A stretch of DNA of 64,000 nt from Phoronis australis (taxonomy: Eukaryota > Animalia > Phoronida): assembly GCA_002633005.1 (NCBI GenBank), contig NMRA01000020.1:702803-766802 (forward strand). The letters run 5' to 3'. The position numbers and the translations under genes are program-made. The notes under the pieces are model-generated. The model was not told the DNA's origin, searched no databases, and saw only the letters and a list, made by a program, of their open reading frames with translations. Shown piece after piece: positions 24,601-36,887 of this stretch. Positions within the stretch are counted from its first letter, which is position 1; each line of letters starts with the position of its first letter.

Positions 24601-25570
24601 AATTTCACGCACAAACATCTTGGCTTACTACTCGACCATAAGCTTACATTTACTCCTCATTGTCGCGAACTCGTTCAAAAGGTACAAAAATTAATTAATC
24701 CAATTAGAATTATCTCTCGTCATCTCAACTCCATGCATCTTGAAACTCTGTTCAAGTCTTTTGTACTTCCACATCTAGATTACTGTGACATAATCTACCA
24801 ATCGGCAAACGCTGGCATACTTCTCCAATTAGAAAGACTACAATACGAAGCAGCTTTAGCCATAATTGGGGCATACAAAGGGTCCAACATAATCAAGGTT
24901 CTTCACTGGAGCAAACTAGCAACCCGTCGTAAACTCCACCTGCCCATGTATACATTCAAAGTCTTAACCAACATAAACAATTACTCTAACAAAATCCTCT
25001 TTGACTCCTACAAATGACCAAGCACGAGACCAGGACTCCGGCAAAGCAATATGTATACTATTCCAGCCTCCATCAGCCAAGCCTTTAGAAGATCAACGAT
25101 ATTAACTTGTATTGACAACTGGAATTCCTTACCATTAAAAATAAAAGAAAGCACTTCAATTGTCACTCTCAAAAATAACTTTAAAATGCATACCACTACT
25201 CCAGACTTGCCAGTCCCATTGACATCATTCCAACTTCCCCGCAACCATGAAATAACCCTATACAGATCAAGATGTGGTCTATTCCTAAACAACGAGAAAT
25301 TTAGACATAATTTTAATAATATATCGGCTCTGTGTTCCTGTGGAGATACCCAGAAATAGCCTCATGTTTTCTTTGCTTGTGAGGTATGCAAGAAGGAGAG
25401 GGTACAGCTCTTCCAGGCACTCGAACAATACCCCAATGTTTATAAAAATACTCTGAAATTCCGCAATTGTACAACAAAATTAATTACTTTCTATGTGGAT
25501 GTCAAGAACTTAACTCAAACGAAAATATGGTTTTATTTGAAATAGTATTAGAATTTCTTTATAACATTAA
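21643..25570 (+). pseudogene. LINE ORF2: 2A-like peptide + AP endonuclease + reverse transcriptase, with stops and frameshifts
   Basis: Motifs DIEVNPGP, TNINSI, YRSPS, GDFNA, SCLDL, SDH, KPWF, NYRPITLL, FLDIASAFD, GVPQGGVLGPLLF, LYADD, KHLGL, WNSLP. Split across ORFs at 21643, 23061, 23370, 23959 and 25051. Confidence 0.93.
21805..21828 (+). other. 2A-like StopGo (ribosome-skipping) motif DIEVNPGP
   Basis: Matches the D(V/I)ExNPG|P consensus, preceded by LLTAG, immediately N-terminal to the APE domain. Confidence 0.8.
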
Positions 25571-26424
25571 ATCTCTTTGTGTGAGTGGATATAATTTTAT
25601 ACATCTGTATGAAAATAACTTATTTTCATTCGTTGTCATTGATCATTGTATTCTTAACATCATTTTTTTATTTGTGTATTTGTATATAATCATTGTATAT
25701 AGACTTCTCTGTATTTTTTACCCAGATCTAATGCCTCTTGGCGCTTTCTGGGTTATGTATATTCATTGTATTCTGAAGATTTCGTAATAAACATTAAAAA
25801 AAAAGAATTAGCAATCTGGTGACGATATACGTTTTCCACCTAATTCAACAAGACGCTCTAGCACGTAAAACATGCATATTCTGTTGTCGTGTGATACGTC
25901 GTAAAAATTAACAATTTCGTAAAATGTAACAACTGTTATTATTACATTTTACATTGGCAATCCTCTCCTAAAATGTGAAAAGTTGTTACATTTTACGTAG
26001 TTGTTACATTTTACGAAGGATGCGCAGGCGAGAAATGTATCATTGTTACCTTTTACGAAACCAAGGTTATATCACAAAGTAAATAACCAAAATCACAAAC
26101 AGGTGGTGTCTGACACGGTCGGGGGCACTCAAGTATTTTGGACGAAGGGTACCGCTCAAACAAATGGATACCTACCCATTTAGAGAGAGGGATGCGACAA
26201 AAAGTGACCCATTTAGAGAATAATTTTTTATAATAATTCACATTTTCGCACACTCCTGTTAGAGAAATTACGAAAAGGCACCGATTTAGACAGAATTTGG
26301 TAAAAAATGGCACCATTTTGGACAGCATTTTTGCTGTGAAAAAACACTATTTAGGTCGAGATTTTTCGTATACCTCTTCCATAGGAATTCTCTCCGAGCT
26401 TACACGGCATGAATTTGGCTAACC

Positions 26425-26485
26425 ATTATCATTATCACTATTTCTATTACTATTACTATCACTGTTACTATTACTATTACTACTG
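26425..26485. repeat. (TAT/TAC)n microsatellite
   Basis: attactattactactact-type repeats. Confidence 0.7.
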
Positions 26486-28169
26486 AATACATGTATATTT
26501 AACGAGGACACAGTGCAGCACAATACATGCTTAGCAAACTGCAGATACATCGTGGTACTCAAAGATTTTAAAATCATGACATGTATGGCTTCCCATAGTG
26601 GACAGCAAGTGCTGTTTCAAAAGGATTTTAAACAGGTTCCTTTGTTCAACCTTAGCGATATTGTGAGAAATGCCTTGACAGCTGTGGATGCAGAGTGGGC
26701 ATACTTTTTGAAACGAGGAAGTTAAGATTTAAAATCTTGTTTAGACGTGTGCCAACATAAAAATTGATTATTTCTAAACTATCGGCAAGCACGGTGTTCT
26801 TTGTGATGTAACTATGTCCTTCTGTAGTTTGTCATAAAGAACTGAATTCAGACAGTAATCCTTTACTTGCGAGTTACATCTAAATGTGAAGATACCCACC
26901 GCGGTATCATTTTTGTCTATTGCTGAAAACAGTCCTTTTCAAAGAACCGGAGTCAAGAGCAGTCGCTTGCAATTGCGTCGAAATGCGGAGTCGAACAGTA
27001 CGAGTACCATTAAGCACAATTCATACGCAAGTGCGTACTAAAAAGTAAACTTAGTTACAAAGATGTGCGACATATACCTGGTACAATTTCCATTTCTCAG
27101 TGAAGCTTGGTTGAATACTGTGAAATTTATGTCGTATCGCATAGTCGGTCTGCTGAACCAGAATAGAGTTGCCCAAGCGAAGTTCCTTTTAGCGTTACGT
27201 AGCGAAAATGACGTCGCACATTAGGGATGGTGAACATTCCCATTGTTTGACATCCGATTTTCACCAGGTAACGCTGCGAAAAACTTCACTTGTGCAACTC
27301 ATTTTGACTAATTTGGCAGAATCCCTTCGTGCATACAAAACTGGTTAAAAACACTACACTGTTGTCGGTGAAATAGCTTGAATAAGAGCGAATCTGCATC
27401 AAGCTACAGTAGTCAAACGTCCACACTCGTGTTTTAACCAATCTACAGACATCAAAATTACCATAGCTCTGTAGTAACAATGAAATCGTGTCAGGTTATT
27501 CGACCCAACTACTTGTATCCCCAAAAAGCGACACTAATTGGGCAACGTGAACAGAGCAAATCACGCCAGTACATCAATTATCCGAAGTTCAAACACTGTG
27601 AGACACTGAAATTAAAGAAAAAATAACCACCCTGAATACAGCAGGTCACATCGACACTGATGAGTCCGAAAGCAATGAGCCATCCTGAGGAAATCATCCA
27701 CAAATACTGAGAATTCCTTTAGCATTTTATTTAAAAGTCGTACGCATGTATACTGAATGTACTCAGTTGCAACCTTTTTAAGTTTTGTGAACTGAACCAA
27801 CTTAACTGCAAGCTGCTTGAACTTCAGTTTATATTCTGAATCGTGAACCTTAAGTAGCAAATTACTGAAAAGTGAAAAGGTTCCCTGTTTTTAAATCTTA
27901 GTCATGAGATCATCCAAAGCAACGAATGTTGTAACTAGATCAGTTGCCTAATAATGTCGCTGCCAGTTTTGATTAGGGAGACTAGTTTCACCAGGGCGCA
28001 GCATCACATGATAATTAGTTTCGCAGATCACAACAAGAATCATTTTTGCGTTCCCTGTAATACGCAAATCCGTTTCTATCTTCAACAATAATGACTTCAA
28101 GTTTTCACGATGTTACACCCGAAATGTTGGTTTATTGAACTTCTGTGGAATTTGAGTACGTTCTAAACA

Positions 28170-28600
28170 TAATAAAACACACTTTTAAAATCTACCAAAT
28201 GACCTTCATGTGAATTCATAGACCCAAGAATTTTGGGACACCAAATTAATGTGATTCCACAGAATTAATAGTACAAATACTTATCTTAACAAGACAGGAA
28301 TTCTACCAAATGATGACTGCTCTTTCTGTGAGAATGAGTCAGATTATCTTTTCCACCTGCACTGGTTTTGCAATATCGTACAGTCTTTTAATTGTACGAC
28401 GTTTAGTGAATGTGTTTGTCAACAACAGATCAGTCACTTGATAATTTTTTAGCAATCTGATGGGTCTGAAATATTTAATTAAATACCTAGTCTTAGGAAA
28501 CTGCTCATATATCAAAGAATGACAAAGTATCAATTGAAACAAATTAAGAAGTTGCCAAAACGGAAATCATGGATTATCATGGTGTAAAGAAACGGATATT
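28170..28600 (+). mobile_element. Degraded Tx1/L1-clade LINE 3' fragment
   Basis: Reads DTKLM*FHRINSTNTYLNKTGILPNDDCSFCENESDYLFHLHWFC, resembling the zf-RVT/CCHC region. Confidence 0.65.
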
Positions 28601-29512
28601 GTAATCACAAGAAGTTCTATGGCATATTAAGTTCTCTGGTGTATTTTGTTATTTTCTTATGTGCGTGTGCGCGTGTGTGCGCGGGCGAATGATGTGCTTC
28701 ATGAAAAACTTGGCCCGTACAGCGGTGAGATGTACTTCTTCAATGGATTTTTACAACTAAGGTGGTAGACAGAACTCGTCCGTATCAGAATCTTTGATCT
28801 GGCTTCTTTTACGTGGAACACAGCAATTACCGCATTAGCGATGACTTCAAAGCAATAAAGCACTGGCTGAAATAAATCAAACTATCGTGGACTAAAACGG
28901 GTGATTTTCTATCAAATTGGCTTTCGAAATTTAAATCTCCGTAAAAAAATGTTGCGGTCGTTTTTTTCCGAAGAAATACGATACATATTAACCAAAATAC
29001 AATGTCATTCTTTCTGTTGTGTTTACTATGATGCCGATACACAATTGGCCTATAACCTGTGAGCGCCAACAAAACATTGCAAGAACGCTTTAACAATAAC
29101 AAACTCGTCACCTGGTCCTGGAAACTCTTTTTGTCTGGAGTTGAAACTGTATGGGGTACATTTTTGATTATACCAAGAAACTATTCATGTTCAAAAACAA
29201 TGGGAAGCACATAGGGACACATCTATGAATTCAAGCTGGCACACTTGGCAGAATGTCATTCAAACAATCCGAGGAAGAAACTGTTAAGTGTGTGAACCGT
29301 TTTCCTCCGTGTGGCAAATGAAATATGACGTCACTTTCGTAAAATGTAACAATGGTACATTTCTCGCATGTGCATTCGACGTAAATTGTAACAATTACAT
29401 AAAATCTAATAACTCGTTACATTTTAGGAGAGGCTTAGTAACGTAAAATGTGACGACGTAAAATGTAACAGTTGTTACATTTTACGGCGTATCAGTCGTG
29501 TGATCTACTTAC

Positions 29513-29690
29513 CGTCGTCTGGTTCATGTATTCCAAAGTTACTTTAACGTCGATCGTGAAGGTAAATTCTCCAGCTACGTATAAACTAGCTATTAAGTGA
29601 CAATGGTGAAGTTTGACGACTGCTGTCTCTCCAGGCTTCACAGTGACGCCTTTAACATTTCGCGAGTGTGCGTCATCTCCAGCTCTCATG
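29513..29690 (-). CDS. Gene A coding exon 3
   Basis: Acceptor ttttatatactag|C (phase 2), donor ACG|gtaagt (phase 0), 178 nt. MRAGDDAHSRNVKGVTVKPGETAVVKLHHCHLIASLYVAGEFTF aligns with gene B VVIPAKTDKAFQLNDCHLLIHTLKRGDYDI. Confidence 0.85.
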
Positions 29691-31490
29691 CTAGTATATA
29701 AAAATATTTGTAACTTAATGGGTTACCAAAATCTTGGACATCAGCACAGAAAACCTGAAAATCACGTGCTATTTAAAAATGCCTGCAGGAAGAGAAAACT
29801 CACCAGTGTTGATTGTCACATTAGTACAGTGCACCTATATATTCTTGAGGCCAGACAAAAATTGCGGAATTTTGAATCAACAGTTTCGTCTCGCTTTATC
29901 GTGGAAGTTACATAGAATAAATGAAAATCCCCATATTATATCCACTTTCCTTATTGATTTCGCCTCAAGACTTGGAAAAACTGCCAATTGTCATTATGTA
30001 TCGTTTTCTTGCACGAGTCTGCTTCTCAGTACTACCTGTCGGATGCATTGCTTGAAAAACCTAATTTCTCACGAAAACCAGTTTTTGTGACTGTTTAGTG
30101 AAAGATTCATGCCATGGTACAGCTTTGTCATGCAATAGAGAGCAACATAAATAATAGCATTAGCCAACCATAGACTCGTTTCTGGCACCCTCCGTAGATT
30201 TAGATCATATACAACTGTATCTACGTTGAAGTACTCTTAAAGTACTAGTAACACACGTTTTTAACCCTTATTAAATGGTTAGCAGAAGTTTTAAGGAACC
30301 TAGCAGTACCTATCCCATAACCAATACACAATGCTCACTCGAAGAAAGTTTAAATAAACGCGTCACTCAGGATTCTGGCCCAAAGAACACAGCCATTTTG
30401 AACAAACCGCGAAATCGGAAATAAAATTCATTCAGGAACCCAGGCTTAAAAACGCCGGCTGCGCGACTGGAGCCGTGTCTGTTACCAGCCTGCAAGCGAG
30501 GATGAAAAAATCGACAGCGGACCTTACTTTTAACAAAACCAAAATAGAGACAATTTGTGTTGAAATTGTTGAAAAAATGTGGCAAATTGTTTTTGACAAA
30601 AATTATTTTGCCGGACTTGGACCTGCAGACGGTGACCTGGTGAGGACAGAGACCAGCATTGGCGACAGGCGAAGACTGTCGTCTCGGCTGTTTTATCGAA
30701 AAAATAACAAGGTCTGCGATCGTTGACTTGGCTAAGCGTGTTTTACTGGTTGTCATGTTTATACTGTTTGTTTACGAAAGTTAAACATAACAATATCAAA
30801 GTAATTGAATAAAATTATTATATAGTTAAGTCCCGTTCAGACATCAACTTTTGGCCCGGCGCAACTGACACGGAGAAAATTGATAGGTGTCAAGCAACCA
30901 TTTACACACGCAACTCACTAACTGTGGCGAGACGGAAGTCAAGCTGGAGAGTGGAACGCATATGCGCAGGTTTACAAATGGTGGGAGTTGAAGAGACAGA
31001 GAACCCGTATTAGGTCATTGCAAAAGCGCAGTAGCGATGATCCTTTCCGCCTTGCCCCAATTTCGTGTTTAGACACATAATTGAAACGGAGCAAGATGAT
31101 CGAGCGCAAATTGCTCTACCTCACAAACGTGTGGCAAAAGTTGTCACCGCGGTGTCATTTTACTCACGGTCAGTCCTGTTTACTCACATACTTGTGCTAC
31201 AACATCTCGTTACGTGTCTGATGATCCTGTCAACTTTATTTGTAGTATAAACAGCACTTCAGAATATCGTGACGATTAAACTTGCGAAAATATGGAAAAC
31301 AAATTTAGACGGAAACAAAGATACCACCGATTCCCCCGCGACTTCCGTTACGGCCGGGCGGCTGGCGGTCAACAATGAACGACAGACTACCAACTGGATC
31401 CGAAATACCTTCAGAAAGAACACTTTCCATGGTGTCAAATGGTACAATATAAGTAAAAGAAATAATTCCCAGCCAGAAGCATTCGTGTAA

Positions 31491-31759
31491 CAATGGCGGA
31501 TCTAGGATACCATAAGGGGGGGTGACATGTTGCCTCGGGGAATTGGGCAAAAGCGCGATTGTACATTTATGTTCACAGGGGCCCGAAAGTTGGGGGCCGG
31601 GATGTGGACCTTCCGGGAACACGATTCCGGGGATCTGAGCCCCTCTCATCCGCTACCGGTCCTAGTTACTGAACTCCATAGTTCTTCACGGTGTTGCTGT
31701 TTCATTTTGTTTGCGACAGCCAAGGGGGGGGGGGCTGGGCCCCCCTAAGTTCGCCTATG
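31491..31759. mobile_element. hAT-like MITE
   Basis: Termini CAATGGCGGATCTAGG...AAGTTCGCCTATG with G/C-run subterminal motifs; no clean 8-bp TSD. Confidence 0.5.
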
Positions 31760-32855
31760 TGTAAGCTACTACCCGAAGGAGCCCGACTGCCTGGCCTGCG
31801 GCGGACATCTGTGTTCCGCGGCGCAAGATGAACACATTAATTAGCTGCCCGGGCATATTTTCGCAAATTAAATCGACGGGATATTCTAACTGTATAGCAA
31901 TTTTATTTAATTGTGTTTATATTGCATGTTCGTTGTTACTTGAGTTAATTACACACAGTCGTGAAAGCACGCTTAGCGGTAGTCGCCATAGTCAGCCTTA
32001 TTATTCAATCGACACAGGACTGTGACTAGTCCGTAATTATATGTAAGCGTCTGAAACAGTCTTTGTATGTATACGACATTTATTTAATGATTTGAACCCT
32101 TTATTCCGATAAAACCACCGGCGACGGCATGCCTTCGCCTTTCGGTAGTCCTGATCTCGGTCCGCACCGAGTCATCGGCTGCAGGTCCGAGTTAGGCAAA
32201 ATAATTTCTGTCAAGATTTATTTGCCACATTTTGTCAACAATTTCAATACAACTTGTCCTTATTTTGGTTTTATTAAAATTAAATTTCACTGTCGATTAT
32301 TGTGTCCCTGTTTGTAGGCTGGTAACAGACACTGCTCCAGTCGCACAGCTAGCGTTCTTAAAATCCTTCTTGCAAACTGCCCATGTGGTTCCAGTATCCG
32401 AAAATACTTACTACATAAATTCTTATTTTCGACACGCTTTCTTTATATTCTTTTCGCCTTTCTTGCCAAAAGCATTTTTTAACAGTATTTGACCCTTCTC
32501 TCTCAGCGTATGATTACCGGTTGTCATCGGTTATTTCCGTACCCACATTTCCGGCTCATCAGTTCAGGAACTTGTCCTGAACGCCGCCATTTTTTCCTTA
32601 TAACTGATTGTGCTATGGCTTGCTCGAAAAGTCTTCATTATTTTGTTTTATTAGTAATATATCGTGATTCGTTTGCATATGTAGTGTATTTATAGTTTTT
32701 AGTTTGTGGTCGTTGATTTTTTTGGAATGTTACGCGTACTTAGTATGTTAAAATAGCATTGGTGTTTAGTTCCTTACGTAGGCGGGTCGAACCTAGGAAC
32801 CAATATGGGTCGAACCAATTTTTTTCGGTTTTATTTTTTTCCTCGTTTTGAAAAA

Positions 32856-32963
32856 NNNNNNNNNNNNNNNNNNNNNNNNNNNNNNNNNNNNNNNNNNNNN
32901 NNNNNNNNNNNNNNNNNNNNNNNNNNNNNNNNNNNNNNNNNNNNNNNNNNNNNNNNNNNNNNN
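32856..32963. other. Assembly gap (108 N)
   Basis: Run of N. Confidence 1.
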
Positions 32964-35112
32964 GTTGGACTTCGTCTCATTTCTGGCGGCACCTACAATG
33001 TCGACTTTTGCTGAACTGAAAGGCATGTTCAATCGGCTACTTTGTAATTTGTGAAGATTTAACGTTGATACATTTTGACAAACGTTGCTACAAAAAAGAA
33101 ACTTTGTTCAATTTTCGTGTTTTTTGTGTTTGTGGCCAGCGACCAGTTAGGCCTAAGGGTAGTCTTGGCGCAAAGCTGTATAGGCCTACTAACAAGCTGT
33201 ATTTTGACTATAGTCTTCACTGGTAGCTGATGACTGAGGCTAACTAAGGTCTGCCGCGGCAGTGTGACACAGGACTAACCAGCCCCGGCCGTAATTTCAT
33301 GCAAGTGTCTGAAACTACCCTTGAATATATGCAGCATTTATCATTTGACCCTTTTACTTCGAAAAAACAGCTTGCAACTGCATGCATTTACCGTTCGCCA
33401 GTGTCTGGTCTCGATCCGCAGCGGGTCCGATAGGCTGCGGTCCCGAGTCTGGCAAAATAATTTCTGTCAAAATTTATTCGCCACATTTCTTCAGCAAATT
33501 CCATAAAATTGTCCGTAGTTTGATTTTATCAAAATTAAGGCGCGCTGTCGATTTTTTTTATCCCCGTTTGCTGACTGGTAACAGTACAGGCACTGCTCCA
33601 GTCGCACTGACGGCGTTTTCTTGGCCTGGGTTCCTGAATGAATTGTACTTCCGGGTTCGCGGCAAGTTCAAAATGGCGGTGTTTCTTCGGGTGCGAATCG
33701 TGAGTGGCGCGTTCATTTAAACTATTTTCGAATACGGATCGTGTATTAGTTATGGGGTAGGTAGCTTGGATCCTTATAACATCTTCTAATCGTGTAATAA
33801 GGGTTAACAACGCGTGAGAGAAGGACTTTATGCCTGGGTTCCTAAATGAAATATATTTCCGGTTTCGCGGTTATTTCTAAATGGCAGTGTGTTCTTCGGG
33901 TTGCGTTTATTTAGACTTTGTTCGACTAAGAATTGTGCATTGGTTATAGAATAGGTACTGCTTGGATTCTTATACAGTAACTGCTTCTAACCGTTTAATA
34001 AGAGTTAAAAGGTGCGGTGCTACTAGGACTTTAAGGTGTACTTTTGTCCGATTTTTACAAATATTCGCCTCACAATTAAGTTTCATCGTACTTTTCAAAA
34101 GCAAAATATCACTATCCTTGTCATACGAGTTTGTTCGAAACAACACAAAAACCTAAGTTTATCACTTGGTTAGTTAAAACATCAAAACAATTTTGAAATT
34201 CTACTTAAAATAGTTCTATCGTTAGGTGACGGTACGATGTTTTCTTTTGCTGCTCTGCTCGTTCTCTTCTTCAGTGTGACTAACGGTGTTTCATTGTACC
34301 TCTTAGAATGCCAGACTTCCTAAAACGGCTTGAAAGTTGTGATTTGGTAAAATAACTTCTAAAATCTATTTTGTACAGTCCTATAGCATTGCCACGACGT
34401 GTCGCTTGATCATTTCTGCGGCACTCCCACGGAAGGTAACACAGCCCGTGTGTCTAGTCATATTGTGGGCACTTGCCATTTAGATTATAGCGGTTGGAAA
34501 CTTGCCTAAGTGTTGCACGTAAACAAAGCTCCAATGGCTTATTTACGAAAAATCAGCGTCACACAGATATTCACTATCCCGCTTTACGGCGATCAGGTCT
34601 TTGGTGCGCCACCTACAGATCTCATGTAATGCAGGCGGGAGGTTTCAACATACTGGTATAATCAGCGTTTTATTTATCTTAATATCATAATGCGTGACAA
34701 TTTTCACTACTGTGCAGTTGGGTGTACTAGTGGCTCACGGAATACGCCAACCTCTTGAAAAAAGTGAACAGTAATATTAACATTTCGATGATGCCATTAC
34801 AAATAGTTCTCACGTTTTGATTGATTTCATCACCCTTTTGATTAACATTCGTAACATAAGTATCGTGGCAATTTTAGAATTGAATTTTTTGTCAAAAGTT
34901 TGGCGTTTACTATTGCTGCATGCTAAGGAATTTTGACACTTCACGTCTCTTGTGCGGTCAAAGTCTCGTCGTCAGTCCAACAAAAGTTTTCAAAAGATCT
35001 CTATCACTCTTTTCAAACGAGTGTCTTGGAGACTTTATGGACACAAAATCACTTTAATTAGAAAATGGAAGGTATAAACGTAAGTCATCTTTAAGATAAA
35101 AATTATACTTAC

Positions 35113-35300
35113 TGACACTTGACCCATACGAGTTTGGCTTCGCTTCCATGGTTGGTCAGATTAACGCATACTTCAGGATTCACATGAATAACATCTCCAG
35201 CTTTCATAACTGATTTTTCAGGTTCGTACTGAAAGTCGATGGACTGGATCTCTGCTTCAACATAGTTTGCTGCCCAGCAAGTCGTTGAAAGACAGCATAC
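35113..35300 (-). CDS. Gene A coding exon 2
   Basis: Acceptor gttttactag|GTA (phase 0), donor CA|gtaagt (phase 2), 188 nt. VCCLSTTCWAANYVEAEIQSIDFQYEPEKSVMKAGDVIHVNPEVCVNLTNHGSEAKLVWVKC aligns with gene B exon 2 (YDP..AGDIVDVNP..WVSC). Confidence 0.88.
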
Positions 35301-35972
35301 CTAGTAAAACAACAGCAAATCATCATTTCATACCATTGCCAAATAATCGAAGCCTATATAAACGTCCACTTGACTTAGGTCACTTAAGGTTTCCTTAACG
35401 AAAATGGGAAGGATTTGGAAAGAGACTGAGACCATGAACGACATACGTCGTGTCAAGATTGGTGTCGAACAATAACAAATCTCAATTAACTTGAGTAAAG
35501 TACATCTCCAATTTTGTAAAGGCCGAGAGGTCTACAACGAAAACTAGTATTTAGTTAAAACAAATGACCTACTCGGACATTCTTGTGTAGCGCTTACACT
35601 GTCCAGAACTTTAGGCGGCTATAAACCCACTATCGGTCACAAAGACGAGTTTGGCTAAACCACGTACCTTTAAAAAATTGGTCTCAAATTGCTCCTTAGA
35701 CAAAATGTTTTTGAGCTTGGAAAGTTCTAACCGAACGCTATTGTCATTTTGTTCATCGAGTAGTGATCTCGAGGAAAAATGAACTCTTGTAATTCTTGGC
35801 AAGTCTAAACCACTTCTCATCCGAGGAAGGAACAAGTTGAGACCAATTTTGCAGCGGCGAGTGGGCTAAATCAACATTTAGCTTTTTCGACGGAAGGCGG
35901 GTTTATTGCTGCTTTTACTATGCGAACAAGTTATCCTAACTTTACTCAAGACAAATATATTCTAGCACTCAC

Positions 35973-36002
35973 TGCTAAAACAAATTTGACCAAGAAGTTC
36001 AT
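35973..36002 (-). CDS. Gene A coding exon 1 (start of signal peptide)
   Basis: ATG AAC TTC TTG GTC AAA TTT GTT TTA GCA|gtgagt = MNFLVKFVLA; 30 nt, phase 0, the same length as gene B exon 1. Confidence 0.8.
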
Positions 36003-36064
36003 GACGACGATGAACTGATCTGACACCTAAGGCGGATTTCAGACTTTAGCGGCTTAAGGAATGG

Positions 36065-36132
36065 ATTTATAGCCAATGCCAGCCCACCCTAGAAGATAAC
36101 CTGTTGAGCAATGAACACTAGTGATGGATTGG
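36065..36132 (-). promoter_or_regulatory. Candidate gene A core promoter (TATAAAT at 36071-36065, CCAAT at 36132-36128)
   Basis: TATA ~65 nt upstream of the ATG and CCAAT ~60 nt further up. Motif evidence only. Confidence 0.45.
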
Positions 36133-36639
36133 CGCATTCGGTACAACTGTTGTATTCGAATTTGACATCGCGTGAATAAGTATCCAGCCAAGCTATGTCC
36201 TCTAAGCAAGCAAATCCACAGGTCGCAAACAGAAACGTCACCAAAACATGATTATCAATAACATAAATTTCCAATATTATAATCTGTTCACACTAGCAAT
36301 CATTGTCCTATGCATTCAGAAACGTGTAGACAAATTTGTATCTAGTGGCCTCTTTGAAGAGTCCGAACCACGCATTTCCTTAGTTTTTGAGGTTTCAGTT
36401 AGATAATATGAAATGAATACCATAAAGTCTAACTAAATAAGCATTTTTATGCCAAATAGTCGCTACTTTTTTAATTTTGAAGAAAAGTTAGTTATTTCTA
36501 AGTTTCCCGGCCTATGATGTAATGGGTGGAAGACGTTTGGTCACTTGGCGGACCACAGCAAACTAGAAGACCAGGACGATTAGGGCCTGGCACCACTCGT
36601 TCTAGAATGTTCGTTATTTATAACATTTACAAATACATT

Positions 36640-36887
36640 GACAAGGTGGAGAGTCCTTCATCGTAACACCGCTTTTGTGTTTAATCGAAACTCGATTCCT
36701 TGAAATGTGGCGAACAAAATGTGGCTCCCGACTGAACCGCATGCTCCACACTGACATTCCACATTCTCGCGCGGCGCACAAACCGATGTCATTTATGTGC
36801 AACGTTCATGTCTTCAGGAAATTTGAATACGGAGACGTTCTCGGTCTAGTTTCTGTTACTACAACTCCCACAAACGCACCTTTTCAT
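36640..36887 (-). pseudogene. THAP (C2CH zinc finger) domain relic of a DNA transposon
   Basis: MKRCVCGSCSN..VFKFPED..RFVRRARMW..FCSPHFKESSF with in-frame stops. Confidence 0.65.

Larger units (their letters stand above)
15635..25802 (+). mobile_element. CR1-group LINE with a nested Gypsy element
   Basis: ORF2 (APE+RT) at 21643-~25570; 3' stem-loop ACCCAGA..TCTGGGT, AATAAA at 25786 and an A-tail. The 12-bp direct repeat AAGAATTAGCAA at 15623-15634 and 25803-25814 is read as the TSD. The 5' boundary rests on this TSD. Confidence 0.75.
25892..29494. mobile_element. Non-autonomous TIR DNA element (TG..CA ends, 6-bp TSD; Ginger/IS3EU-like, unclassified)
   Basis: ~160-bp imperfect TIRs built of TGTTACATTTTACG units (25892-26059 vs 29335-29494); ends TGATACG/CGTATCA; GTCGTG duplicated at 25886-25891 and 29495-29500. 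Confidence 0.8.
30241..34030. mobile_element. Kolobok-type non-autonomous element / inverted repeat family (spans assembly gap)
   Basis: TTAA at both ends (30237-30240, 34031-34034), termini AGTACTAGTA / TACTAGGACT. The ~500-bp arm at 30241-30720 recurs inverted at ~32095-32360 and ~33350-34030. Confidence 0.6.

Noticed and set aside
27655-27700. Hammerhead-like CTGATGAGTCCGAAAG
   Set aside because: Stem II partner and the downstream GAAA core are missing; at most a decayed Penelope-type remnant.
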